A DNA stretch of 64,000 nucleotides from Azolla caroliniana (lineage: Eukaryota > Plantae > Polypodiophyta): the NCBI GenBank assembly GCA_043228905.1, contig JBHGNT010000006.1:930001-994000 (forward strand), given 5' to 3'. The notes under the pieces are model-generated. The model ran no database searches and was not told where the DNA came from. It was given only the letters and a program-made list of their open reading frames with translations. A program made the translations under genes and the position numbers. Within the stretch, counting starts at the first letter, position 1. Each line of letters starts with the position of its first letter. This document shows positions 1 to 14,364 of this stretch, one piece after another.

Positions 1-1389
1 GTCCAATCATACCTCGACGATCCGAGAGACTGTCGCAACCTCCGGAGAGGTATTCTCCTGGAATTTTCTTCACCGACGCCGGCGAACCGACGTCTTACGA
101 AGAAGCATCGACATCTGTCGATTCAGCCACCTGGCATCTGGCGATGGAGTCGGAAATGCACTCCATTCGGGCAAACAAGACTTGGGATCTGGTCGAATTA
201 CCTAGGAACCGACGTGCTCTTCCTTGCAAGTGGGTTTATCGACTAAAAGAGACGTCTGATTCGACCACCCCAAAGTACAAGGCCAGATTAGTTGCGAAGG
301 GCTTCCGACAAGAATATGGCGTCGACTTCGACGAGATTTTTTCACCAGTGGTGAAAATGACAACCCTTCGTTTTCTACTCGGCGTAGTGGCAGCCGACAA
401 CTTGGAGCTGATTCAGCTAGATGTCAAAACAGCCTTCCTCCATGGTGATCTTGAAGAGGAAATTTATATGGAGCAGCCAAAAGGCTTCGTGGCACCTGGC
501 CAAGAACATCTAGTCTGCCGACTCAGGAAGAGTCTATACGGCCTCAAACAGGCACCGCGACAATGGTACAAGAAGTTCGACGACTTCATCCAATCGATTG
601 GCTTCTCAAAAAGCGATGAGGACCATTGTCTTTTTACCAACACAGCTCAAGATGGATCACCCATCTTCCTCATCATTTACGTGGATGACATGCTAATTTC
701 TGGACGCCACGCGGGCGAACTTGCCGATCTCATTCGGCAACTGCGGTTGAAGTTTGCCATGAAGGACCTCGGTCCGGCACGACACATACTTGGCATGAAG
801 ATTAGTCGGCATCGCGATCAACGACATCTTTTTTTGTCTCAGACCGACTATATCGGACGTGTCTTGGAACGCTTCAACATGCAATCAGCCAAATCTGCTT
901 CAACCCCGCTCCCCATGAATCTTCGGCTCTCTCAGCGAGACTGCCCGACATCCGGTCCGGAGGGGGAAGATATGAAGTCGGTACCGTATGCACCGGCAGT
1001 CGGCTCCCTTATGTACCTGATGGTCGCGACACGGCCTGATATTTCTCACGCCGTAGGAGTCGTTAGCAGATTTATGCACAATCCCGGCCGATCGCATTGG
1101 AACGCAGTCAAGCATGTGTTCAGATATCTGGCTGGCACAAAAGACCACGGCATTCTTTTCGGTCCGAACCGAACCTCAGGCGTAGTCGGTTACACCGACT
1201 CGGACTTCGCTAGCTGTATAGACAGTCGGAAATCAACAACCGGATACTGCTTCAAATTCGGCAATGGAGCAATCTCGTGGAAGTCGAAACTTCAGGAGTG
1301 CACAACGACCTCAACGACCGAAGCAGAATATGTAGCTGCGTCCGACGCAGCAAAAGAAGCTTTGTGGCTCGGTCGGCTGGCGCACACGT
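1..1389 (+). mobile_element. Ty1/copia internal fragment (RT and start of RNase H), interrupted at 1390 by an LTR insertion
   Basis: ORF 144-1457 has the copia RT motifs KARLVAKGF, QLDVKTAFLHG, LYGLKQAPRQW, YVDDML and the RNase H motifs GYTDSD and STTEAEY. The frame runs into LTR sequence at 1390. Confidence 0.95.
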
Positions 1390-2027
1390 TGTCGCGAAGA
1401 TTCGCGCGTGCGTGTGCTACTCGAGCGACCACCGGGGTCTTGGACTGGGGAGGATGATCGCGGAATTATCGACGCTAGATGACGATCAATGTAAGATTAA
1501 ATGAAAATGGTTTACTTGAGAAGAAGAAAAATTGTACACTTGAGAAGTAGAAAAATATGAAGAAGATAAAGACAAATATTATATTGATGATAATGGTGTT
1601 GGTGATATCACATATTGAGCCCCCCTTACACAAGCCCAACTAGAGGCTTTTATAGGTCTTTCCATGCTCGTGACATGCACAAAACTATGGGCTAAAACCA
1701 TGGTTTTGTGCACACGGTTTTGCTTATGTCATGCACAAACCATGGGTTTAAAACCATGGTTTTGTGTACACGGTTTTCTATGGTTGTTTCGTCTATAATT
1801 TGTATATGAAAAGGAAATACATAAAATTTACACTATATGATAGTTGTCCTAGTGGTAAGGCAATTGTCTTGTATCTTAGAGGTGCAAGGTTCAAACCTTG
1901 CTTGCACCCCTCTATATGAACTCAAGTGCCACTAGGCCTTAGGAGGCTTATTTGCTAAGTGTATGTGCACATCCTTGGTTTATTCATCTCACTCGGTTTC
2001 ACACCGTAGCCGAAAATCGTCACGACA
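1390..2027 (-). repeat. 3' LTR of gag-only element (638 bp)
   Basis: TG...CA termini with terminal inverted repeat TGTCG/CGACA; direct repeat of 4259-4760; adjacent polypurine tract. Confidence 0.9.
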
Positions 2028-2117
2028 TCCACCCCCACCAAACCCGCACATCCTCCGGTATGTGCCGAGAAAGGTGAAGAGGTGAGATCTTTGGCAACGG
2101 TGATCAACCGAGTTCCT

Positions 2118-4214
2118 CTACACGCTCGTCGACTTCGTCTTCCACTTCGAGTATGCACAATCTTTCCAACCGAACCACCGTAGCCACCCGATCCACCATA
2201 TCCGGCGCTCACACCTTCTTCCCCGATCGGTTGTAGTAGATCTACCGAACGATGTCGTCGATACGACCGCTCTTCCTTCGTCCACCGCGTGTGTCCTTCG
2301 ATTGGACTCCTGACCACTCCTCACGCTCACCGTCTTCAACTGGGTATTGTAGATCGTTCGTGTCGATCTCCGATTAGGCCGGGTTTGCCCTTGTCCGGAT
2401 CGGTCTCCACCGATCGCTTCTTGGCTTGGTTGGCCTTCGTCTGCATTCACATTTCGCCGAGTCGGGCTCGACCGATTGATTCTGGCTGGGTCGGCCCCCT
2501 TTTGGATCGGAATCGTCCGATCGATTTTCGCCGAATCAGGTTTCGGCCGGGTCGGCCCCGGTCGATCGGCTCCCATGTGGATCTTCCTTCGTTCGGGTCG
2601 GAATCCCGGCCGGATCGTCTTCCGGTTCAACCGGTTCTCGACTCTTCCTTCCTTCCCGCATGCAACCTCTCCATCGAACTCAACCACAGCTTCATCCTTG
2701 GCCTCCACGTCGGCCATATCCTTCCCTCCATGTATGCTCGCTGCGAGCCATATTGTCTCCTCTTCGCCACCTCCTTTATCTTCGGTCTTATGCCGACACA
2801 CGGTCTCGACTGCCGAAGTCTCCGGAACCAGTGTGAAGGAATCCCTTCGCTCATGCACATTTACCTTGTCTTCTTCATCGCCCTTCCGGTCGTCCTCTTT
2901 TTTGTCCACACATTCCGTCTCTCCGGTCTCACGTTGGCGCACGTGCACAACCGCCGAAGTCTCTAGAATAGGTGTGGGGATATCCTTTCTTCCTCGATCT
3001 TCTTCCTCTTTGTGTTGGGTCTTTGTCTTCCCGTCACCACCTTCCGTCTCTCCGGTCTCACGTTGGCACATGGGTGCAACCGCCGAAGTCTCTGGAACAA
3101 TCGTGGAGAAAGTCTTGACATGGCTATCCGTTGTCGACTCGTCCATAGCCACCTCCGACTCGATGTCGTTTGTCATGGCTACCTCCTCAATCTCTTCAGA
3201 CTCAAACACTTTTCCTCCCTCGATCATGCAAGCTTTTCTCATGCTTGCGCCGTCATCACCTGATGTTTCGTACACAATGCGTGTTCCAAAACATTTATCC
3301 TCCCTCGAAGTGGCGTTCGCCGTCCTCGAGTCATCGGCCTCCTCCTTCGCCGTCGTTTCTTTGTAAGACAAGAAGGTGACTTGTTTCACACCTTCTCTCT
3401 CGGTACCGTCATACCGAACTAGAGCCTTTGTATCGGCCACTTCATTAACCCGCATTTGTTGGGAGGTCTCTTCTTCCTCGATCACCATTCGCCTCGGTTT
3501 TGTCTCCCTTCTAAGCTTCATTTCTTTTGTTGGTGGTGCGTTGTTGCATCTCGTCCCTCTTCGATCGTCCCTCATGGGCCGTCTTGTTGTCATCGATATT
3601 CTCGCTTGCCCCTTATCGTGTAGTCGGCATACACTTTCCACTTTGCTCCAATCCTCGATGAGGCCATTTGCACCATCATCTTCTTCGAGTTTGAGGCCGA
3701 TCGCCATCCTTTCCATTCGATCGATTGACTTCACGAACATAAGGACCTTATCGACCCCCACCAATCTTTGTTCCCGCTCCGACAATTGAGAAAAATGATG
3801 CTCGAAGTCTATGAATGCTTGTGTTGCGCCTTGGTGGGTCTTCGCTGATGCCACCCATTGGTCGAAGTTGCGTCGATCTTGTCCCTTTAGTCTCTCATAG
3901 TCATATTCCTCCAATAGAGCCTTCTCAAAAGTCGCCCACGAATCATGAGCTTCTAGAAGCTCTTCTACATATTTGAAGATCGGTTGAGACACCACCCGAC
4001 AAAAGTACTCTAGCCTCATAGCTTTGTCCACACCTCTTGAATCCATCTCCGCATTGTAGACTTTTAGGAAACTTTGGACTTCGGCACCGTTGAAATAGCT
4101 CATTCGTTCGACTACCTTGTCGACGGCTTGTTGGGCTTCATTTCTTCTTTTCCCTTCTATCAGAAACTCCATCATCCTTTTTGACATTGCCTCCATGAGA
4201 TATTCGACATCCAT
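2118..4214 (-). CDS. Gag-like protein with long acidic/low-complexity C-terminal extension (698 aa)
   Basis: Uninterrupted ORF starting just downstream of the PBS. The N-terminus FNGAEVQSFLKVY...RLEYF...SWATFEKALLEEY resembles retrotransposon gag capsid helices. Confidence 0.7.
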   Translation of the reverse strand: MDVEYLMEAMSKRMMEFLIEGKRRNEAQQAVDKVVERMSYFNGAEVQSFLKVYNAEMDSRGVDKAMRLEYFCRVVSQPIFKYVEELLEAHDSWATFEKALLEEYDYERLKGQDRRNFDQWVASAKTHQGATQAFIDFEHHFSQLSEREQRLVGVDKVLMFVKSIDRMERMAIGLKLEEDDGANGLIEDWSKVESVCRLHDKGQARISMTTRRPMRDDRRGTRCNNAPPTKEMKLRRETKPRRMVIEEEETSQQMRVNEVADTKALVRYDGTEREGVKQVTFLSYKETTAKEEADDSRTANATSREDKCFGTRIVYETSGDDGASMRKACMIEGGKVFESEEIEEVAMTNDIESEVAMDESTTDSHVKTFSTIVPETSAVAPMCQRETGETEGGDGKTKTQHKEEEDRGRKDIPTPILETSAVVHVRQRETGETECVDKKEDDRKGDEEDKVNVHERRDSFTLVPETSAVETVCRHKTEDKGGGEEETIWLAASIHGGKDMADVEAKDEAVVEFDGEVACGKEGRVENRLNRKTIRPGFRPERRKIHMGADRPGPTRPKPDSAKIDRTIPIQKGADPARINRSSPTRRNVNADEGQPSQEAIGGDRSGQGQTRPNRRSTRTIYNTQLKTVSVRSGQESNRRTHAVDEGRAVVSTTSFGRSTTTDRGRRCERRIWWIGWLRWFGWKDCAYSKWKTKSTSV

Positions 4215-4235
4215 CTTCGTCCTCCCCTGTTGCTC

Positions 4236-4253
4236 TTCACGTCGGGTTCACCA
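4236..4253 (-). promoter_or_regulatory. Primer-binding site complementary to the tRNA-Trp 3' end
   Basis: The + strand reads TTCACGTCGGGTTCACCA, matching the plant tRNA-Trp(CCA) 3' terminus as I recall it, 5 nt from the LTR. Confidence 0.75.
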
Positions 4254-4258
4254 AATGA

Positions 4259-4760
4259 TGTCGCGAAGATTCGCGCGTGCGTGTGCTACTCGAGCGACCA
4301 CCGGGGTCTTGGACTGGGGAGGATGATCGCGGAATTATCGACGCTAGATGACGATCAATGTAAGATTAAATGAAAATGGTTTACTTGAGAAGAAGAAAAA
4401 TTGTACACTTGAGAAGTAGAAAAATATGAAGAAGATAAAGACAAATATTATATTGATGATAATGGTGTTGGTGATATCACATATTGAGCCCCCCTTACAC
4501 AAGCCCAACTAGAGGCTTTTATAGGTCTTTCCATGCTCGTGACATGCACAAAACTATGGGCTAAAACCATGGTTTTGTGCACACGGTTTTGCTTATGTCA
4601 TGCACAAACCATGGGTTTAAAACCATGGTTTTGTGTACACGGTTTTCTATGGTTGTTTCGTCTATAATTTGTATATGAAAAGGAAATACATAAAATTTAC
4701 ACTATATGATAGTTGTCCTAGTGGTAAGGCAATTGTCTTGTATCTTAGAGGTGCAAGGTT
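4259..4760 (-). repeat. 5' LTR of gag-only element, truncated
   Basis: Identical to 1390-1891, then abruptly joined to copia RNase H sequence at 4761. Confidence 0.9.
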
Positions 4761-5551
4761 AAACGACCGACATCTTCACTAAAGCCTTAGGAGCATACAA
4801 GTTGTGGCACTTCATGACCGATCTCGGAGTGACGATCCCTGACCTACCAAGCTTGAGGGGGAGTACTGAAGACATTACGCAATAACGCGTGGATTCCGCA
4901 AGCCGCGCACACTACGCAACAACGCGTGGATTACGCAACCACGCAACGAAGCCGCGAAGAGCCGATCTACCGCACAAAGCCGCGAAGAAAGACGCAAGTC
5001 GAAGCACAGACTTCGCAACTACGCACAATGCAAGCTGGAGCACGGATTGCACAACTCCGCACAAAGCGAGTCGACACGAGTCGATGCGAACTCCGGAACG
5101 CGAGTCGAAGCGGATTTCGGATATCGTCTGAAACCGACCCGACTTGAGCTTGAGGGGGCGTGTTGAGGATCAAGCTTAACTTGGTCTAGTGTGTGAACTC
5201 ACCTTGAGAGTGAATAGACACTCCAACGGTCAAGAGTCACCATTAAGTCACCTCTTTGTATTCTAGCATTAAGTATGAGTCATAGAATCATATTCTATGA
5301 CACATAACTTATGAGCTTTCACATTCCTCATGCTCCATGAGCCTTGTAGTTAATGAAGAGAGAGGGTGACTATATAAAGCACCCTCCTCCCACCTTGTAT
5401 TGTGTTGAGTCTTTCTCCTTTGTTAATATACTCTTACCTTGTGTATTCTCTGTGTCTTATTCCTTGTCTCTCTCTCTCACTCTCTCTCTCATACACACAC
5501 ATAAGTCATATCTTTTCCGCTTCACAAGAATCCATCTCTTGATTGTTTACA
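4761..5551 (+). mobile_element. Copia family A 3' end: end of RNase H, spacer, PPT and 3' LTR (5161-5551)
   Basis: Encodes DIFTKALG...LPSLRGS. PPT GAGGGGGCG ends at 5160. LTR TGTTGAGG...TTTACA is homologous to 31572-31966 and 49382-49742. Confidence 0.9.
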
Positions 5552-8168
5552 GTGATTATAAAGCAACTACCCATAACTCAACATTATGTGGCCCTAATTT
5601 TCCTTCCATATCCTTTATTGTCATGGCTTTCCAATCCTACGTACACACACAATCATTGGAGGTCAATTTCCTCACGAGACCTGTAAGCTAACCCATAAAT
5701 TTGATCCTTTTGTGATCAAAAGGGTTGGTCTATTTAGAAAGTTGTCCAATTTAGATTCCTAGCTTCCCACTTCCATTTCATAATAGGTGGTCCTAAATTT
5801 ACAAATGAGTTTGTTCTATCCATTTAGGGGAAATCAATTTCTATCAATTAGAATCCAGTGCCCAAAATTCGTAAAACAAATAAAACTTATAAGCATAAGG
5901 TAAATGAACAACTATAAAATTTACTTGATTTACGTTAGTGGTAAAGCATGAGCTTAGGGACTTCAGAGTTGTTTCTTTAACAATGGATATTATCATGCTC
6001 CACAATCAAGGCTAGAACAATGACGTTGCTCTCCTAAAAACGAATTTACGTTTTCAAACTCCACAACCCAAGCCTTGAAACATTGACAATGCCTCACAAT
6101 CCATTATGCATTGAAGTTCGCAACCCAAGATAAATATCCAGAAATCATATGCAATAAGATAGCACACCATTTTAAAACATAAGGTTAATAAACAATAGGG
6201 AAATCACAATGTATAACAAAATGTTGTCCAAAACTAGAATCCTTAACAATGATACATATTTGATGAATCATTTCTCCATATTAAAAGACACCATGTGTAA
6301 AGGAAAGGATAAGCAACCTCAATAACATTATTCATATATTTATAGGTTTACAAGACAAGACTCCTTAGTGGTACCTTCTTGATGGTTATAAATTTGAGAC
6401 CCTAATGTTAATTGGATACGAAGATACACTTGTTGTCAAAATTTGAGAACTCTAGCTCAATCTCAAAGTGGGGAATAATTTCTTGATACTATAAGGTTCC
6501 CAAAGGTCTCATGACAACATTATATCAATCTATATTAACACACTCCATTCTCAAAACAATAATCTATAATCGTTGCTACTCTATATCTCATGCTCATTAT
6601 GTTGCATACCATAATTAAAGATAAGGAAAGTTGCTTAAATACTAATGTCTATCTACTAGCGACGACAATACTATTATACCATATCACACGAAAAATTTGA
6701 CTTGTCCTAAATATACATGCCTTATTTTTTACAACTTAGAATTAAGGACAACCCATTGAGCCAAAAAAAACTTTATACATGCCAAAATGGTCTATAATGA
6801 TGCACATTGAAAGAATAGAAATAAACAAATATGACGAAGTTATCAACATATTCTCAACCTCGAACATAGCATTTTATTAGGTGGTCACAACTTCCAAGGT
6901 AATTGGATATCAATAAAATACCTTTTTGTAAACATATTACAAGTGTGTATCTATTCTATTAAAAAGTGCAAGATGACTCACTAAATTTTACAAACCATGA
7001 GAATGAAGTTTCCATTGTCTCAGAAGCTATTTTCATTGCTTTTAAAATCATGTCATCTTTATTTCAAAGAAAGATAAAATAATAATGCACACATACTTTA
7101 ATGTGTACATCTTCCGCCTCGCCTTAAGCTTTAGCAAAAGAGGTTTTTGTGTATGGACAATTTGTTTGCAATCTCTTTGGAAGGACATGTTTGCAACTAT
7201 CATACCAAACAAATTTCACCTTGTTCAAATGTTTTAATATTTGCATTCTAAGGTGCGAGAATCATTTCATTTTTTTTCATCAATGTTATTTAAAGATGCA
7301 ATCATCATGCTAGCTACATGTGATTTCTCAATAAGATTTACACTTTTGCTTCATAAACATGAGCAAGCATTGCTTGTCTTTTGCATTTATGCGCCAAGCT
7401 TTTAGTTCATTTGGTGCATTGCCTACATACAAACATGATGATTCCATCACTTCTCTATGACAATGATTATATTCTTGGTCTTTGGAATAGTGAAGTTTGA
7501 TAAGATACGATATGGTGAATCTTGAGTAGTTTCATATGGTTGAAAGGATTCGCTTATTGTTTTAACAAGTCTGATGGACTTTTGGCCTTTTACGACCCTA
7601 ACTATGTTAGACATAAGGAGGTTAAGCTTGAGGATTTTAGAGCCGTATAAAAAATTATCGAGATTCAAACATTCATGTAGTGATCAAATCACGGTTTTTA
7701 AAACTTTCCAAAAACTTATAAAACAAACCCAAATTTCAAAGTTAATGCCACCAAATGTGGCTAGAATATGTGTATCCCATAAGATTAGACAAGACGAAAA
7801 CATTTGATAGTTGGCAATCATTCAAAGAAAGAACATTGCCATGTAAACATGCACTCGAAAATGATATACATGGGGGGGGTGGGGGTGGGGGTGTGTGTGG
7901 AGTTGTGGGACGATACTAAATTGAGTTTTTCATACTTGAAGCAATAAAAAGGGTTCTATTCTCCTTGGTAAAAAAAAAGAGCTACAAATGGAAAGGTAAT
8001 TAAAAGGGGGTTGTTCGCTCTGGCTGAGTGATGAACTAGAGTTTGAGATGTAACTCCCCGTGTTTCTTGTGTTTCAGAAGTAAGAGACGAGGTTGGATGG
8101 CCGACAAAGCAAAGTGAGGGTCATTAAGAAGAGTATATGATCGAGGTAGTGAGTTTGGCGTGGGTGTA

Positions 8169-8170
<2 letters not shown>

Positions 8171-8217
<47 letters not shown>

Positions 8218-8333
8218 GGAAGAGATGAAAGACACACAAACTTATAGAAAGACATGCTGGACGTGCGAACACATACACACAATATACCATACATACGTAC
8301 GTACGTGCATACATATACACATATACGTGTATG

Positions 8334-8365
<32 letters not shown>

Positions 8366-8370
8366 CACTG
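8171..8370. repeat. (CA)n and (TA)n microsatellites upstream of actin
   Basis: Direct reading. Confidence 0.9.
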
Positions 8371-8712
8371 TAATACATATACAAGTAGCGACACAAGGCA
8401 CAAAATACTACTAACAAAGAGGGAAGGAGCACATGGGAAGCATCTTCCTTTTCATTTGCTGTACACACACAAATGTGTTGTATGTGTATTTTGACAGAAT
8501 TTGACAGAGAGAGTTTTCTTAAAAAGAAGAGGGTTTTCAGAGAATTTGAGTGGGACCCCCCCTCTTTCTTTCTCGCTCACAGACTGTCTGTCTTTTTAAG
8601 ACAGTAGACAGCGCCCCTTTAAGCTAGCGCCCCGCCCCTGCTTCTTCATTTGAACACACGGAGAACACAGACACAGAAGAGTCTCACCATTCAAGTTTCT
8701 CTTCCAATCTTG

Positions 8713-9719
8713 GTATGCCTCCTTACTCAAGCTTCAACATTTGTCTGAAAACATTCCCTGGTTTTGATTTCGATTTATGGGTCTCTTTTTTGTTTGTTAA
8801 TAGTCTATCCTGTTTACTATTTTATTTCTTCATTTTATCTTCAATAGATTGATCGATTAATTACAAAGGCTCAGAATAAAGGTCGTTCCTCAATCTTTGT
8901 GTTAGATTATGCTGCTCAAAGATGGTTTAAGCTCAAATTTTTCCTCATCTGTGATGCTTTGTCATCATTGGAAATGACCAAAACCCACGTTCTCACATTT
9001 GAATTAGATTATGATTGATAAATGAACACCTTGAATTCTCATCTTGTGTCAAATTATGTCTTCCAAAGATCCAATCTTTGATTTATCCTCGGGTATCCTC
9101 ATGATAACAGTCAGTAGAATTTTATTTGGTTCTGATGTTTGAGCTTTTCTGATCTTCAATGTATCCTTGGCTAAGTTCCTGCATTTGTTGAACTGTAGAA
9201 ACTTTTGGTCTCTGATTTTTGTGTTAGATTATGCACTTTAAATATTTGAGTTTCTATATTTGTGATGGATCATCAGCTATGTTCATGATTTATAGTAGAA
9301 AATTTGTATTATTATCAGATTATGCATGTTTTTCTCATCTGTGATGCTTGATGAGCAGAAACTTTTCCTCTTTTAGCACATAGCCGTCAAAGATTTGAGC
9401 TTTTCTTTATGTCTTTTTCTCACTCTAATGATCTTACTCTAATGACCTTTGCAATGATCTTACTCTAATGGCCACATATTACTCATTCTATGAGTGTCCT
9501 GTGATGCATCGTTTCATTTCTTTAGAATCTTATGATTGCAATGATCCATCTCAAGGCAACTCTCTAGATGCACCAGTTCTCATTCTGATGTAAAAAATGC
9601 ACTGTTGCTGATGAAATCAGCTCATTGCTTTAACTTAACGTATCTATAGCTTGAATGTTTTCTCACCATCTAAATTATCAGCAATAAGTTCTTATGTGTG
9701 CTTATGCGTCCCTTCGCAG
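8713..9719 (+). other. Probable 5'-UTR leader intron of actin
   Basis: TTG|GTATGC donor at 8713, T-rich interior, TTCGCAG acceptor ending at 9719, 17 nt before the ATG. Plant actins typically have a leader intron. Confidence 0.65.
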
Positions 9720-9736
9720 AAAACTTTAAGGAAACA

Positions 9737-11738
<2,002 letters not shown>

Positions 11739-13021
11739 AGGCTTTTGTGGATTTTCTTCAGTGAATGTACATCACATCATTTGATTGGGGGTTGATTTTT
11801 GTATTATTTCAGGAAAAAGCTTCTATTTGTATTGAGGCCATATTGGATTCATGTTATTATTTATTGATTATGGAAGGTTTTTTATTGTTTCTGCAAACAG
11901 GTTAATAGCAGTCGTTGCACAAAAAGAGTGAATCCAAGTGCGAAGTAGACTTGAGAGATGTCCATGTGAAAATAAAAAGTTCTTAATAGCAGTATCATGT
12001 AACAATACAATAAGTTAAGGCACAAAAGAGTGAATCCAAGTGTTAAGGAATTTCCAACCCGTGCAACTAAATGCAATTTACAAAAATAAAAATTTCCAAT
12101 TGATGAACATTCAGCTGTTTTCTAGGTTTTCCATCAGTGCAGATCATTTTAAACCTTAAGGGGTATTGTCATTAGCAATACATAAATAATAATGATAAAA
12201 ATATAGCGAGGACTACATGCAGTAAAATAATCACCTTGCTATCTCATTAGCATTTCTACCATGTTATACCTCAAATTTGGTCTATTGAGTCTCCCTTTAT
12301 GGTAATTTCTTTGCTACATTTTTTTGTATTATAATTTGGGTTATATTTATTTGATTTTGTTTACTCAGAGATGTACAATAAATGCAATGTACATGGACAA
12401 GTAAAGCAACTAATAGCTTGCTCAACAATGTCAGTAAGCACTTTCTCTTGATTTATCAGTGATAAGGAGCCTAACACTGACCAAACTTATATAGGTGATG
12501 GTTCAAAATAACCAAGCATACTTTTTTAATTTACAATGCATGTAAGCACATATTCTGACCATTTCAACTATATCCAAATGAGTTTCTACAGAGTCTAGTT
12601 TTTAGGATCTAAAAAAATTGCACCTTTCAGGATTTCTAAGTATTAGTTAGAATGTAACACATGATCCTAGCTCACTTTTGGAATTCAAGAATTATTCTAG
12701 ATCACTAATAATACTGTGTGTAATGCTAGTTTGAGAACGGGTGTTAATAAAGCACATAAAAATAGGAAAATATCAATCATTTCGATGCTAGTTTGGAAAA
12801 GATGTTACTAAATTGAATAAAGATAGGAAAAAGTTCGTTATTTTCATGAAGGTCGGTCAAACTGCCTTTACTTTGTTTTATTATGCCGAATTCTAGTATA
12901 TATATATATATATATATACTAAAACAACATAACAATACAAAAACCCTTGCTGTTTGTCTAAACTTGTACATGTACACTTCGGTTCAAATCTTATTAGCTT
13001 CACTAATTTACTAGATGACTT

Positions 13022-13060
<39 letters not shown>

Positions 13061-14364
13061 AATATTGTACAAGCATTCAAGTAATAATGGCAATGAAACT
13101 ATCATTGATGACATTAGGCATCCTCTTTGCTTGTCCACTCTGCCATGGCACTTTTGCAAGATCCAAACAATGCAATTCACAAAAACAAACTTCGTTTCTC
13201 CTTTTTCATATTTTCAGCCATTTTAAAAAACCCTCATCTACATGATTGAGCAGCTTTCTAATGAGTGATTGGTCATATGAGTCAAGAAGCATAGATATTA
13301 CAAAAATGACAGTAGTAGTGAGAGCCCAATAAAGTTCCATGTGGGATAGGGGCCACTTGATGACCATGTTCCTCACTACCTAGTACCAAGGGACAAAATA
13401 TCATAAGTTTGCATCTGTATGTGTTACATTTCATTCAGAAGTAAAAAATGGTCAATTTGCAGCCAGTTCCCCATGGGGTAGTTGGATTATTCGCCAAGGA
13501 AACAAAGCATCCAAAAAGACCCACGTTTTGTGAAGGTATGTTTCCATTCGGGAACAAGTCCTTCAGTCGTATCCCAATCTTAAATCCCTGGAAACCTTTC
13601 CTGGTTATGTCACAATATATATGATCCTCAAATCTTAGATCTTCATCAAATGACTTTTGATTTCTGTTCTGTCAATGGTCATGGGATCTATGAACTTCAT
13701 ATCCATCAATGTATGTGAAGAGCACCATTAAGTTTTCATTTAGAACCAAGCTTACTTTTCTTCAGACAACTAACTTTTTTTGTAAACATATGTAATCTCC
13801 CATTTGAGTCGAAGTTCTGACTACCCATTCTGAAAAGTGTTACAGCTTCAATTACAGACCCAAACTAAGGCTTCATACTACTACCTTTCATGACACTTCG
13901 CACTCAAAATGTATGAATTTCCCCACCATTTACGTGACTTTTAGGAGGTTCATTGTACATATTTAGTATATGCTAAAAAGGAAAACAATAAACAAGAATG
14001 AAATTCCATTTCAATTAATCCAATGGATCGAAATTAATGAGTACAAGACATCTGATGATGGAATCAACTGTGTTTCAGTAGCTTTTTACTGATTTACTCA
14101 AACTTCGACACCTTGAAAAAAAATTCAAAGCATCGGATCATGTGAGCACATCCCAAAAACTACCTAACCACTGATAATGAAAAACTAAAAATATATTATC
14201 CACTTCCGATGAAGAAAGAAGGATGGATAGAATATTGAAAGAAATAAATAGAACTATACCTAGTAATAGAAAAAAATTTGTTAGAAAATAGAATGAAAAG
14301 ATTGTGAGGTTAAGGTATTAGAAACCACCGACCACCAAGAAACTAAAACATCGAAAAATGCTTC

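Larger units (their letters stand above)
1390..4760 (-). mobile_element. Non-autonomous gag-only LTR retroelement (gypsy-like gag), tRNA-Trp primed; 5' LTR truncated
   Basis: LTR copies at 1390-2027 (TGTCGCG...CACGACA) and 4259-4760 read as identical over 502 nt. PPT at 2028-2039 (GGTGGGGGTGGA on -). PBS at about 4236-4253. One 698-aa ORF and no pol. Confidence 0.85.

Noticed and set aside
2289-3789. Long + strand ORFs (225, 296 and 137 aa)
   Set aside because: Antisense shadows of the gag-like ORF, with no motifs.
5552-7850. Possible decayed transposon coding sequence (also 24100-25190 and 43600-44830)
   Set aside because: AT-rich with no ORF or motif I can identify confidently.
8036-8494. 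ORFs with CVCV/THTH/LSLS runs (also at 12893, 15200, 19258, 42990, 44719)
   Set aside because: Translations of dinucleotide microsatellites.
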